Shown: positions 8,662-19,223, counted from the first letter of the stretch. The stretch: 64,000 nucleotides of DNA from a virus (IMGVR_UViG_3300028591_000088); one strand, 5' to 3'. Numbers and translations are program-made. Notes: a model not told the origin generated them from the letters alone.

Positions 8662-8785
8662 TTGGTTGATTGCTGCAGTAATAGTAGCTGCTATAATACT
8701 TGCTATAATTAATGAAGATTTTAATTATGTAATAGAATTTATTTTAGGAGCTGTAATGGCTATACTTATATATTTCGTTTTATGA
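8645..8785 (+). CDS. 46-aa protein with two hydrophobic segments, missing from the ORF track
   Basis: MTILINWLIAAVIVAAIILAIINEDFNYVIEFILGAVMAILIYFVL*; ATGA overlap with pncA. Confidence 0.7.
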   Translation: MTILINWLIAAVIVAAIILAIINEDFNYVIEFILGAVMAILIYFVL

Positions 8786-9357
8786 ATAAAACTTTAATTA
8801 TCGTTGATGGTCAGTTTGACTTTATTGAGGGTGGTAAGCTTCCAGTAAAAGGTGGAAAACAAGCACTGGACAATATCGTAGATTATCTTAACTCTGGAGA
8901 AATCTCTATGGTTATTACTACACAAGACTATCATTGTGGTAAGCATTGTTCATTTAAAGAACAAGGTGGAGATTTTCCTGAACATTGTGTAGAAGGAACT
9001 CACGGCGCAGATATTTATCAGCCTATACTAGATGCTATATACAAGAATAATATATTATGGTTTCCACTTCAGAAAGGTCAATATCTTGAAGCATTTAGTG
9101 CTTTTGATCACAGAACTGAAGGATATTCACATTGGAAAGAATATACTACTACAGACAAAGAAACTCCTTACATACAGTTTCATGAAGACGAGATTATACA
9201 AATTTGTGGTTTAGCTGGAGATATTTGTGTAATGCAAACTGCTATAGCTCTTAAAGATATTAACCCAGTCATTATTGATAATATGACAGCTTCTCTTAGT
9301 GATGAGAATTTTAGAAAATTAGCAGATTTAAATAATATAACTATTATCGAAGTATGA
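8782..9357 (+). CDS. pncA: nicotinamidase (isochorismatase family)
   Basis: IIVDGQFDFIEGGKLPVKGG, TQDYH, FPEHCV, QKG, CGLAGDICV (catalytic D/K/C and metal ligands); sits beside pncB. Confidence 0.9.
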   Translation: MNKTLIIVDGQFDFIEGGKLPVKGGKQALDNIVDYLNSGEISMVITTQDYHCGKHCSFKEQGGDFPEHCVEGTHGADIYQPILDAIYKNNILWFPLQKGQYLEAFSAFDHRTEGYSHWKEYTTTDKETPYIQFHEDEIIQICGLAGDICVMQTAIALKDINPVIIDNMTASLSDENFRKLADLNNITIIEV

Positions 9358-10172
9358 TTAAAAATCCAGTTTTAGGTGCAATCGCAGGGGACATGATAGG
9401 TGTTCCCTACGAGTGTCTTAGGTATGGAGTAAGTGTTTCTCCAGATTTTCCTTTATGGGGAGATCGTTCTACCTTCTCTGATGATTCAGTAATGACTCTT
9501 GCAGTAGCTAAATGGTTACTAGAAAGTGAGGATTTTGATTACGAAGTCCTTATTAAATGTATGCAAGAACTGGGACGTAAGTATCGAGATAGAGGATATG
9601 GCAGTAGTTTTGGGCAATGGTTAGATACCGATAATCCTAAACCTTATAACTCTTGGGGTAATGGCTCTGCTATGAGAGTTAGTCCTGTAGGAGTAGTCTC
9701 TGATAAAGAGGAAAATATACTTACTCTTGCTGGTCTTACTGCTAACGTTAGTCATAATCATCCTGAGGGTATTAAAGGTGCTCAAGCTATTGCATTCTGT
9801 GTATGGGCAGCATGGAATAATTGGAATAAGAGTGCAATGAAAATTGGACTACGTGATCATATCCATAATTATGATTTAAATAGAACTCCACAGCAAATTA
9901 TGAACGCTGGTTATAAGTTCCATGTAAGTTGCCAAGAGTCTGTTCCAGAAGCTATTTGTTGCTTCTTAAATAGTGACTCTTATGAAGAGACTGTTCGTAA
10001 AGCAATCCTTCTAAGAGGAGATACCGATACTCAAGCTGCAATGGCTGGAAGTATTGCTGCTGCTTACTGGGGAATCCCTGAAGAAATAGCAGAAGAAGCT
10101 AAAAGTAGACTACCTCAAGACTTATATGTAATTTTATCTAAATTTAGTAAAAAGTATAATTTACCACTATGA
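9354..10172 (+). CDS. ADP-ribosylglycohydrolase (DraG/ARH family)
   Basis: LGAIAGDMIG, FSDDS, GNGSAMRVSP, SHNHPEG, RGDTDTQAAMAGSIAAA. Confidence 0.93.
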   Translation: MIKNPVLGAIAGDMIGVPYECLRYGVSVSPDFPLWGDRSTFSDDSVMTLAVAKWLLESEDFDYEVLIKCMQELGRKYRDRGYGSSFGQWLDTDNPKPYNSWGNGSAMRVSPVGVVSDKEENILTLAGLTANVSHNHPEGIKGAQAIAFCVWAAWNNWNKSAMKIGLRDHIHNYDLNRTPQQIMNAGYKFHVSCQESVPEAICCFLNSDSYEETVRKAILLRGDTDTQAAMAGSIAAAYWGIPEEIAEEAKSRLPQDLYVILSKFSKKYNLPL

Positions 10173-11344
10173 TTTTAAGTATTTTAGACACTGATTTATA
10201 TAAGTTTACTACATCGTATGCTTATCAGAAACTGTATCCAAGTGCCCTTGGAACTTTTGAATACGTAGACAGAAACAATACTGTCTATGATGAATCTTTC
10301 TTAGAGTATCTAGAATTAGAGATATTTAAGTTAGGTGATGTTTCTCTTACTATGGATGAATTCTATAAGGTAATCTCTAATTCTTGGTTATCAAGATTTA
10401 TTCCAGTAAATTATTGGGAGTGGCTTAGAAGCTTCCAGTTTAATCCAAATCTTATAAAGGTATGGCTTGATGAAGATGGACATTTACATATTAGAGTAAC
10501 TGATTACCTTTATAAAGTGACACTTTATGAAGTTCCTATTCTCTATACTGTTTCAGAATGTTACTATAAGTTCTTTGGTATACAGGCTGACATTGACCTG
10601 ATGTATAAGAATCTTGCAGAAAAGATAGAATTTGCTAATAGAGAAAATCTTATCTTTTCTGAGTTTGGCACTCGTAGAAGATATTCCTCTAACATACATG
10701 ACTTAGTAGTTAAATACTTAAAGGAAAATTCAAAAACTTGTGTAGGTACATCTAATGTTTATTTTGCTCTTAAATATAACATGATGCCTTGTGGTACTTT
10801 TCCACATGAGTGGGTAATGTTCCATGGAGCAATTTGGGGTTATCAACAAGCAAATGAACTTGCAATGCGAGACTGGGTACGCTGTTATGACGGTGACCTA
10901 GGAACAGTTCTTGTTGATACCTATACTACTAAGTTCTTTATAAGTCAGTTTTCTCGTAAGTATAGTAAACTATTTGATGGTCCACGTATAGACTCAGGTG
11001 ATGAAAAGGAATTAGGAGATTTATTTATAGAACATTATAAGTCTATGAATATTAATCCTCTTAGTAAGACTCTTGTTATGAGTAATGCTCTTACTTTCCC
11101 GAAATTTAAGGAAATTAGAGATTACTTCTTAGGTAGAATAAATGTTGTAGCTGGCATTGGTACTAATCTTACTAATGACTGTGGAGTACCTCCTCTTAAT
11201 GAGGTAATGAAGCTTATTGAAGTCCAGCTTCATAGGAATGCTCCAAAGTTAGCTTGTATTAAACGTTCTGATGATGCAGGTAAGAGATTAGGAGATCCAG
11301 TACAACAACAAATACTTGATTGTGTATTAGAAAATGCCGCGTAA
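10169..11344 (+). CDS. pncB: nicotinate phosphoribosyltransferase
   Basis: SILDTDLYKFT, SEFGTRRR, GTSNV, GTFPHEW, RIDSGD, GIGTNLTND are PncB-type; the Nampt-type DSYKxSH and HDFGxRG motifs are absent. Confidence 0.93.
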   Translation: MILSILDTDLYKFTTSYAYQKLYPSALGTFEYVDRNNTVYDESFLEYLELEIFKLGDVSLTMDEFYKVISNSWLSRFIPVNYWEWLRSFQFNPNLIKVWLDEDGHLHIRVTDYLYKVTLYEVPILYTVSECYYKFFGIQADIDLMYKNLAEKIEFANRENLIFSEFGTRRRYSSNIHDLVVKYLKENSKTCVGTSNVYFALKYNMMPCGTFPHEWVMFHGAIWGYQQANELAMRDWVRCYDGDLGTVLVDTYTTKFFISQFSRKYSKLFDGPRIDSGDEKELGDLFIEHYKSMNINPLSKTLVMSNALTFPKFKEIRDYFLGRINVVAGIGTNLTNDCGVPPLNEVMKLIEVQLHRNAPKLACIKRSDDAGKRLGDPVQQQILDCVLENAA

Positions 11345-11612
11345 AACTAAAAAGGTTACTAAGACGGTGGAGACGAAGGAGAAACTTCCTTTGTTTCCAC
11401 CTAAGCCTAGAGAGCAACTAACGCCTGGGCAAGAACTTTATTGTTATTATCCTCCTGATAATATTTATCATAAAAGGATATATCTAAGAGATAAAGAAGG
11501 AGATTGGATTATAACCAAGGATGAGAATAATCGTATTTGGTTAGTTAATATAGAACATTTACATAACACTGTTTTAACAAAAGAAGAATATGTGGGACAA
11601 ATGGATAAATAA
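11334..11612 (+). CDS. hypothetical protein inside the NAD operon
   Basis: 92 aa with a basic N-terminus and a beta-rich core; overlaps pncB and nadE. Confidence 0.7.
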   Translation: MPRKTKKVTKTVETKEKLPLFPPKPREQLTPGQELYCYYPPDNIYHKRIYLRDKEGDWIITKDENNRIWLVNIEHLHNTVLTKEEYVGQMDK

Positions 11613-12396
11613 ATCAGTTGCAGACTTGCAAAAGTATATACAAGACTGCCATTTAAAAAGTATAGTATTAGGACTTAGCGGAGGTATAGATAGTACTGTC
11701 TCTGCAGTTATATGTTACCTAGCCACTAAAGATATGCCTGACGTTACATTTATAGGAAGAAGTCTCCCAATAAAAAATGAAGGAACTGATACTTCGATAG
11801 CCAAGAAACTTGGTCAAATTCTATGTGATGATTTTGCAGAAGTAAACTTATACAATTCTTATAAATTCTTTAGAGATTCATTCTATAAAGAAGAAGAAGA
11901 ATCAAAAGCTACTGTAATTTCTGATGGAAATATAATGGCTCGCATACGTATGATGTATCTTTATCAATTAGCTTCTCTTTATAAGGGAATGGTTATAGAT
12001 ACAGACAATGCTACAGAACATGCTCTTGGATTCTATACTATACATGGTGATGTTGGTGATTATAATGTAGGTATTAGATTTCTTTATAAACATGAAATAT
12101 GGGAGCTCGCAGAAGTTCTTGCATCTTATATGCCGAAGGCAGAAAAAACAATAAAAGAATCTATAGCATTAGCCCCAACTGATGGTAATTGTGGAGGTAC
12201 TGATATGGATCAAATAGCTCCAGGTGCTACTTATGGAGATGTAGATTTAATTCTTGATTCTCTTGACGATAGATTTAAATATAGAAAAGCTATAGATATT
12301 TGTGGACTTGATTTAGTCAAAAGAGTAGAAGATAGAACAATAGCTAATGCTTATAAAGATAAATTACCTATTACAATTACTAAAAGAGTAGAATGA
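11590..12396 (+). CDS. nadE: NH3-dependent NAD+ synthetase (no glutaminase domain)
   Basis: VLGLSGGIDSTV, GNIMARIRM, TDNATE...GFYTIHGD, APTDG; only 268 aa. Confidence 0.93.
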   Translation: MWDKWINKSVADLQKYIQDCHLKSIVLGLSGGIDSTVSAVICYLATKDMPDVTFIGRSLPIKNEGTDTSIAKKLGQILCDDFAEVNLYNSYKFFRDSFYKEEEESKATVISDGNIMARIRMMYLYQLASLYKGMVIDTDNATEHALGFYTIHGDVGDYNVGIRFLYKHEIWELAEVLASYMPKAEKTIKESIALAPTDGNCGGTDMDQIAPGATYGDVDLILDSLDDRFKYRKAIDICGLDLVKRVEDRTIANAYKDKLPITITKRVE

Positions 12397-12902
12397 AAGT
12401 AGCATTTTATCTTGGTTCATTTAATCCTCCCCATTATGGACATCTTACTGTCATAAATGATGCACTTCAAAGATTCGAAATGGATAAAGTTGTTATAGTT
12501 CCAGCTATGCATAATCCAACTAAAAAAGAGAAGCCTGCACCATTTGACATTAGATGTAGTTGGATGGAAAGAATTTCAAAGCAGTTTGGAGAATACGTAG
12601 AAGTGGATAGAATCGAGGAATTAATGATTCCTCCTTTCTATTCTTATGCTACGTTACATGCTCTAAGGACAAAATATTGTAATGATGAGACTTATCTTCT
12701 TATAGGAGAGGATTTAGTAGAAGAAATAAAAGATTGGATGAATGGTGGACAAATTCTAAAGGATTGGGATCTTCTAGTTGTAGATAGACCGAAAGGTGAT
12801 TTATCTTCTAGCTTATATAGGCAATGCCCAACTTTATTTGGTTCATTTATACCCCAAGTTATTAGAGACGAAGTATTTTATTATTTTAATGAACATGAAT
12901 AA
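12393..12902 (+). CDS. nadD: nicotinate-mononucleotide adenylyltransferase
   Basis: HxGH motif in GSFNPPHYGH, VPAMHNPTKK, YSYATL, LLIGED, VVDRP, LSSSLYR. Confidence 0.9.
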   Translation: MKVAFYLGSFNPPHYGHLTVINDALQRFEMDKVVIVPAMHNPTKKEKPAPFDIRCSWMERISKQFGEYVEVDRIEELMIPPFYSYATLHALRTKYCNDETYLLIGEDLVEEIKDWMNGGQILKDWDLLVVDRPKGDLSSSLYRQCPTLFGSFIPQVIRDEVFYYFNEHE

Positions 12903-13533
12903 GAATTGGAGTTACAAAATAACTGAAGGAGAACATGCGGGTACAACTTTGTGGAGTGGAAGATACTGTGCTGTTGCTGCTTTTGTGTTTAGAAGAATTG
13001 ATGGTATTTGGTCAGTTCTAGCCAATAAGCGTGGTTCTGGTACACCAGACTACCAAGGGTGTTGGAACGCAGTGTGTGGCTTTCTAGAGGCCGATGAGAG
13101 TGCTGAACAAGGATGTTCAAGGGAAGTTTTTGAGGAAACTGGATATGAGATAAAACCAGAAAAATTCTTGCAAGTTTATACACAGACAGATCCAGAGACT
13201 TCAAATAATGGTAATGTTACTTTAAGGCACATTGCTATACTCTTTGAACATGAAGCAGGCCCACAGAAGAAATCTGAAGGAGGAGAAGAGAACGAAGTAG
13301 AGGATGTAAAATGGATTTCTATTGATAACGTTCATAATTATAAATGGGCATTTAATCATGAGAAAACTATAATAGACTTATTTTATGATTATGTAGAACC
13401 TCTTACTTCTTATTCTCAACTTACAATAGGAGATTTCTTTATGCTTTCACATCCTACATGGTTGAAGAATAATCCTCAAGTTAAAAAGATACTTAAAGAA
13501 AAAATCTTAGGGACATTTGAAATTTATGATTAA
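12889..13533 (+). CDS. Nudix hydrolase
   Basis: Nudix box GFLEADESAEQGCSREVFEETG; ATG at 12889 or 12895. Confidence 0.9.
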   Translation: MNMNKNWSYKITEGEHAGTTLWSGRYCAVAAFVFRRIDGIWSVLANKRGSGTPDYQGCWNAVCGFLEADESAEQGCSREVFEETGYEIKPEKFLQVYTQTDPETSNNGNVTLRHIAILFEHEAGPQKKSEGGEENEVEDVKWISIDNVHNYKWAFNHEKTIIDLFYDYVEPLTSYSQLTIGDFFMLSHPTWLKNNPQVKKILKEKILGTFEIYD

Positions 13534-13963
13534 TATTGACGAACTAATAGCTGAAGCTCGTAAAGAGCAAAATCCAATTAAGTTAGAAGCTTATAAACAA
13601 GTTAAACAGGAATTTGTCCTTAGAAAAACTAAGGGTGAAGACATCAACTCTAATACAGAGATCGCCGTACTGAAGAAACTTGTTGGGCATTATACAGATC
13701 AAGCACAGATGTACCATATAAATGGAAGGGAAGAAATATGTAATGAGTATACAGCATACGCTAATGAGCTCAAAAAGCTTCTTCCTGAAATGATGTCTGT
13801 ACAGGAGATAGAAACTCATGTTGATTATATTATTTCTAAGAATTTCGATGGTATGCCTACCAAGAAAGATATGGGTAAGATTATTAAGATGTTCAAAGAG
13901 AGTTATTCTAATGTAGATGGAGCTGCTTTAGCTAATGTAGTTAAAAGTCGTATTTTTGTATGA
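13526..13963 (+). CDS. stand-alone GatB/YqeY domain protein
   Basis: EIAVLKKLV, LKKLLPEMMSVQEI, KKDMGKIIKMFK, DGAALANVVKS; ATG at 13526. Confidence 0.85.
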   Translation: MINIDELIAEARKEQNPIKLEAYKQVKQEFVLRKTKGEDINSNTEIAVLKKLVGHYTDQAQMYHINGREEICNEYTAYANELKKLLPEMMSVQEIETHVDYIISKNFDGMPTKKDMGKIIKMFKESYSNVDGAALANVVKSRIFV

Positions 13964-14532
13964 TTATAGGTATAGCAGGTAAAGCTCAAGCAGGTAAAGA
14001 TACCACTGCTATGATGCTGCAAACTTTACTTTCTAATCCAAATATAACTTGGAATATGTATTGGAACTCTGATATAGTCTTTGAATGGGATCATTTTATT
14101 GTTCACTATGCAGACTTACTAAAGGAAGTATCTCAAGAAATGTTGGATATGCCTTTTGATGACTTTAATAGTCAAGAGGTTAAACAACAATATATGGATT
14201 GGTTAGGAATGACTGTAAGAGAATTTCTACAGAAGTTAGGTACTGCAGTTAGAAAAGAGATAGATCCAGATTTCTGGATAAAGGCACTGTTTAATACTTA
14301 CCATAATGGTAATGTTATTATAGCTGATGTTAGATTTCCAAATGAAGCTGAGGCTATCAAAGAAAGAGGTGGAAAGCTAATTAGGATAGAACGTCCAGGT
14401 GCTGGAGCAGGTAATCACATAAGTGAGACGGCTCTAGACGATTATAAGGGATGGGATATTGTAATTGATAATGTAGGTACACTTGAAGATTTATTTAATG
14501 TAGTAAAATTTCATGTACACAACAGTTTATAA
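13960..14532 (+). CDS. deoxynucleoside monophosphate kinase
   Basis: IIGIAGKAQAGKDT, YADLLK, REFLQKLGT, IIADVRFPNE, HISE. Confidence 0.9.
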   Translation: MIIGIAGKAQAGKDTTAMMLQTLLSNPNITWNMYWNSDIVFEWDHFIVHYADLLKEVSQEMLDMPFDDFNSQEVKQQYMDWLGMTVREFLQKLGTAVRKEIDPDFWIKALFNTYHNGNVIIADVRFPNEAEAIKERGGKLIRIERPGAGAGNHISETALDDYKGWDIVIDNVGTLEDLFNVVKFHVHNSL

Positions 14533-14578
14533 AAAGTATAGGGGAGCTCGGTAATCGGGCTCCCCTCTTTTTTTTTTT
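14531..14578. terminator. bidirectional intrinsic terminator between the convergent arms
   Basis: ggggagctcg-gtaat-cgggctcccc hairpin (14541-14565) with a long T-run on the right and an A-run on the left. Confidence 0.9.
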
Positions 14579-17500
14579 ACTATTGGGCTTTCTTCCAAGC
14601 ACTATAAGTATCCTTTCCAGCACGGGCAACTGCGAAATTACCCATAAATGCATCTGGTAAAGTCTTCTTACCCATAGCTACTTTTAAAGCGTCTTGTGCT
14701 ACTTTCATATTAACTTCATACATTGGAGAAGCTGTATTATCTCCTAACCAATCTTTAAAGTTAAGTGGACCTCTAAATGAATCATATGAACGAGAACCTG
14801 CTTTATAGAATATTTCTGCAGCTAAATTAGCAAAAACAGGATTATTCTTCATCTCTTTCTTATAATCAGAATAAGCAGGGTCAAGAACAAATTTAAAGGT
14901 AGTAAACAATAACAACGTAATTAACATATCACTAAGTAACTTAGCAAGACTTGCTCTTACAGTTGGATTAGCTTGTATGTAGTCCTTCATAGCTTGTAAT
15001 CCTCCATCTCTTGAGATATAATATAAATCTCTAATAGTATAAGCAATACCTTGAACTATAGTTGGAACATTCTCATATAAAGGCATACCTGTATCTACAG
15101 AAGTAATACCTCCATCTTCATCTAAGAATAATGGGTTACCAGCTTCATCTACTTTCTATTGTAGATTAGAACGATTAGCAGTGTACTTACCTGGCTTCAT
15201 AAAGTAGTTATTCCAAATACCATTCATCCAAGTTGTATACATACCAAAGAACCACATAAGAGTTGTGTGCTCTCCCATTGACTTTAGCGATTTATCATAC
15301 GCACCATATATATTATCAGATACCTCTTTAATAGCTAAGATTTCTCTATCAGAATAAGGTGCAGGTAGGAAAGTCTCTGCAGTTTCTGGATTCAAATCAA
15401 TTTGTTCCTCAGGATGCTCTGCATTCCATTCACGAGCCTTAGACATATAAAGGGCTTTAGCCTATTTATATTCAGCAGAATCCTTTGAAGTTCCATCTAC
15501 TAAGGCCTTAAACCTCTTATCCTTCTTCCAATTATAGGTGAGGATATCATCATTAAGTTCCCATCCTTCCCAACATCCATCTTTCATACAACGTGCTACA
15601 AATAGAGTCATACGGTTTAAAAAGTCAGGACGTCTAAGAGTAGAATATGCCCAGTTTTTGTAGTTAGTCACACCGCCTCTTCCTATCTTTAGAGATTCCA
15701 TACTAGCAAGGTCTATATTAGATAGACGATATCTAGCTTGAAGGGCACTAAGCATACTAATATTCATTGTATTAGTCATACCGTGTGTAACTACATAAGC
15801 ATAAGCCTAACTAAGAGTCTTAGCATCTATATCAGTGTTAAGTTTAGTTACTGTTCTAGCAAAGTTTTCTTCAAAGCCTTGGAAAACATCACGGAAGAAT
15901 GATATCATATTACCTCCAAGGTTCATAAGAGTTACTTTACTTCTTACGCCTGCTAAAGCTCCAGTAAGTACAGCACCTGTCTCACTCTTAATAGTAGTAT
16001 TAAATACATTAACCTTTAAGAAGTCTCTAATATATTGAATTTCTCTCTTCATTACTTCTGTATTACCAGACTCTTCACCCATTAAGGTAAGTTGGAAAAG
16101 TAATGAACGAGTACCTATCATAAAGTCTTTAAGTTTTTCACATTCTATGGATTTAGATAGATATTCAATAAGAATATTCTCGATATTAGTCTCAAAGAAA
16201 TCAATACCCTAAGCATCAATAAATTCTTGACGAGTTCCTGCTCTATCAGATTCATCACCTATCTAGAACATATTAAATACATGTCCGAGCTTTTCTTTAT
16301 CAGCATTAAGGCCTTTCTTTATAAGTTCTCTTTCCTGTTCGGTTATGTTTTCAATTTGTTCGTCATAATATTGTTTAGGATTCCACATTATTTTCCACAT
16401 ACGTTGAGCTCTTCCCTTCCAAGTAGAAGTTTCTAAGTTCTACATTACTCTTGTAGAAGAAGAAGCTCTCATAAGTGGACACCATAAATATTTATGACCA
16501 CCCGCTCTAGATGCTATAAACTTAGGAATTTCTGGATCATCATAACCTTTAAAGTTTAGGGCGTTGCCTCTATTCCTTATTAAATAGAACTAGTAAAGTG
16601 CTTGTTTTAAGAATTTAGCCTCAGCGGGATCAAGACTTCCGTCTGTCCAAGGATTCTTAAATTTCATAGTTCTTCTGCCCTATTCATCCACTTCAAACAT
16701 CTTTGTAAACAAAGAGTTCATATCTCCTAGAGTAGCATTACGAACTAATCCATAACCCTTAGCATCAAGGAATTCCTTAATAAATCCTCTCATATTCTTA
16801 GCATGATAACGTTCTACTTCAGTAGCAATACTATTATAAGTTTGGGCTAAGTTATCAGTAACAATACGAATATTCTGATTAGGGATATGATTTGTTGTAG
16901 ACATATGTCTATAAATGTCAGTTAATTCCCTCTCATAGTTTAGAGTTTCTCCAGTATAACGGTGATAAGCTTCTGAAAGAGCTCTATAAACACGACACAT
17001 TTGTTGGTCTCTATGTGAACCTAAATGTCCTTCAGAACTTCTTACTATCTGTTCAAAAGTCCAATCAGGAAGTTCCTTATAGAAAGAATCCAACAGTTCT
17101 TTAAGAATTTTAGTCTTTGTATAAGCTTCACCGTTTTCTACAAGACTAGCTAATTGCTAAAATTTCTCTGGAGAATATCTCATCACTTCAGCATCACTTT
17201 TAGATGCTATAAGTAAACTATACTCATAAAGAACAGACTCTAAGGGATCTGTAAATTGGTCAGATTTTAAACTTCTAAAGTTATTAACAAACTCAATTTC
17301 TCCCTAGTCATTAATAGTAGAAACAATTTCTGGAAGATATTTCTATGTAATAGTACTTATAGAGTAATTTCTGGCAGTACCACTATGACTAAGAACTTTA
17401 ACTCTACCTAATTGAACTCCTTCTAAGTCCATTGTAGGAAGAATCTAATTAAGTAATACAATGGCTCTTATAGCTTCAGCATTACCATAATCACCTCTTA

Positions 17501-19223
17501 GATTATTAGTTTGAACATCTGTTTTAAATGCACCTAATATACTATGTCTTCCTTTACCAAAAGGTATTTCAGCATTACAATCAAAAGAAGTTAAAGAAAT
17601 AATATCTAATTGTCCAGTATCATTATTCTACATAAGGATAACATTGTAGTCAAGTAATTCATCACGTAACTTCCACTTATAAACAGGTTTACGATTACCT
17701 TTTGAGTCTACTTGCCAATCTACATCATTAAAGTATGTATCAAGCATATTCTTAATAAAACCTCTAGAACGAGAAAGTCCTTTTAGTTTATCAATAACAT
17801 CAGATTCAGGAACGAATACTCCATGCTCTCCAATCTGATTCATTTTACGAATAGCCTCTTTAAGAGTGTGTACTGTTTGTAGAGTTTCATCTTGAATTTC
17901 TCCAAGATGTTCTACTACAATATTAAGAATATCTTGATTGACATTCTTATTTTTATTTGACTTTGGTCTATAAGACTTACCATCAATTATTACTTCCCAA
18001 CGACCTTTATCATCATTTACTTCTCTAATTACCAGAGGTTCAGCTTCTCCAGCTTCTGGAGCACGTTTAATCATTTCTACAGCTGAACGATGTGTACCTT
18101 CACTACGCATATTAAGTATAGGGAAGATATGTTGGAAAATCTCGTCAGCTCTATCAAAAGTTTCTATAGTTACTCTTGGTATCTCTACATTACTTCTAAT
18201 AAAGTGACGGGCATGTTTATCATACTATTCTAACATATATCCACCACCATAGTTTACAGAGATATTCTAAGGAGCACCAACAACTATCTTATCAATTTCT
18301 CCTCCCTCTTTATAGGTCATATTAACTGGGACAATGTTTAATTCTATGTTCTTAACTGGAATACCATTATAAGCAAGCATCTATTTAAGGAATGCCATAC
18401 CATAATTGTACTTTTTCCATTTGTCTTTAGACCAGTAGTTCATAGATTTTTGTGAAGCCTTAAAATTGTAAATATGTAAAGTTCCACTTGAGTCTACAGA
18501 TAAATAGTCTATATGACCAACTAACTCTTTACCAAGTGCTTCTATTTTAGCTTTAAGTCCTACGTTATTTAGAATAGTTGGACCTACTTGAGTATGATAA
18601 ATATATTGTCTAGCAAAGTTTTCCATCTGACCTTTTAAATCTTCAAGAAGAGCAGTTCTTCCTTCAAAAGGAGTACCTTCAACAGTATCCTATATAGCTG
18701 CTACATAGTCAGAGGAATTAACTTTGGTAGATATTGCCCCATAACCATCCACTATTTTGTGTAAAGTTACAGAGTCCTTTTTAAACTAATCCATATTAGC
18801 TAAGTCTTTATCTACTTCTTCTATAGCTTTCTCTTTCTTAACTCCCTTTTCTATTAAATTATCAATTTCACTTTGTCTGAATTGGTCTCTATCAAAAGGT
18901 CTTACTAATGGTTCTCCATCTATAAGACAAGCTGGATCTTCAATAAATTCCTGATAAGAAAGAGTACTTCCATCTCCTCCAAGTTCATCATCATAAGTAG
19001 ATACTGTACGAGCTGCAGTAATCATATAATCATGCTTGACTTCTCCAATTCTTTTAACTATAGATTCCTTTAAAGGATCTTTAGAGTATACAATATCACT
19101 TATTTTCATTTGCTCATCAGTTTTTATAACTTTGGCAAACTGGTCATCGACATAATCTAATAGCTATTTAAGGGTTATACCTGTCTAATCGGTACCTACT
19201 ATATCATATGTACAATTTTTCAT
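14577..19223 (-). CDS. giant virion/ejection protein A (1548 aa, code 15) with a PD-(D/E)xK-like domain
   Basis: Starts MKNCTYDIVGTD(TAG)TGITLK; eight track fragments share the frame; GHIDYLSVDSSGTLHIYNFK at about 18440-18520; ends KKAQ-TAG-TAA. Confidence 0.85.

Noticed and set aside
10169-12902. Calling the NAD genes NARP2 (Nampt + Nmnat) or NARP1
   Set aside because: The motifs are PncB-type and NadD-type, PncA and NadE make sense only for the deamidated route, and no Prs-like Adps gene is present.
299-13819. Minus-strand and alternate-frame ORFs in the left arm
   Set aside because: They fully overlap well-supported + strand enzymes.
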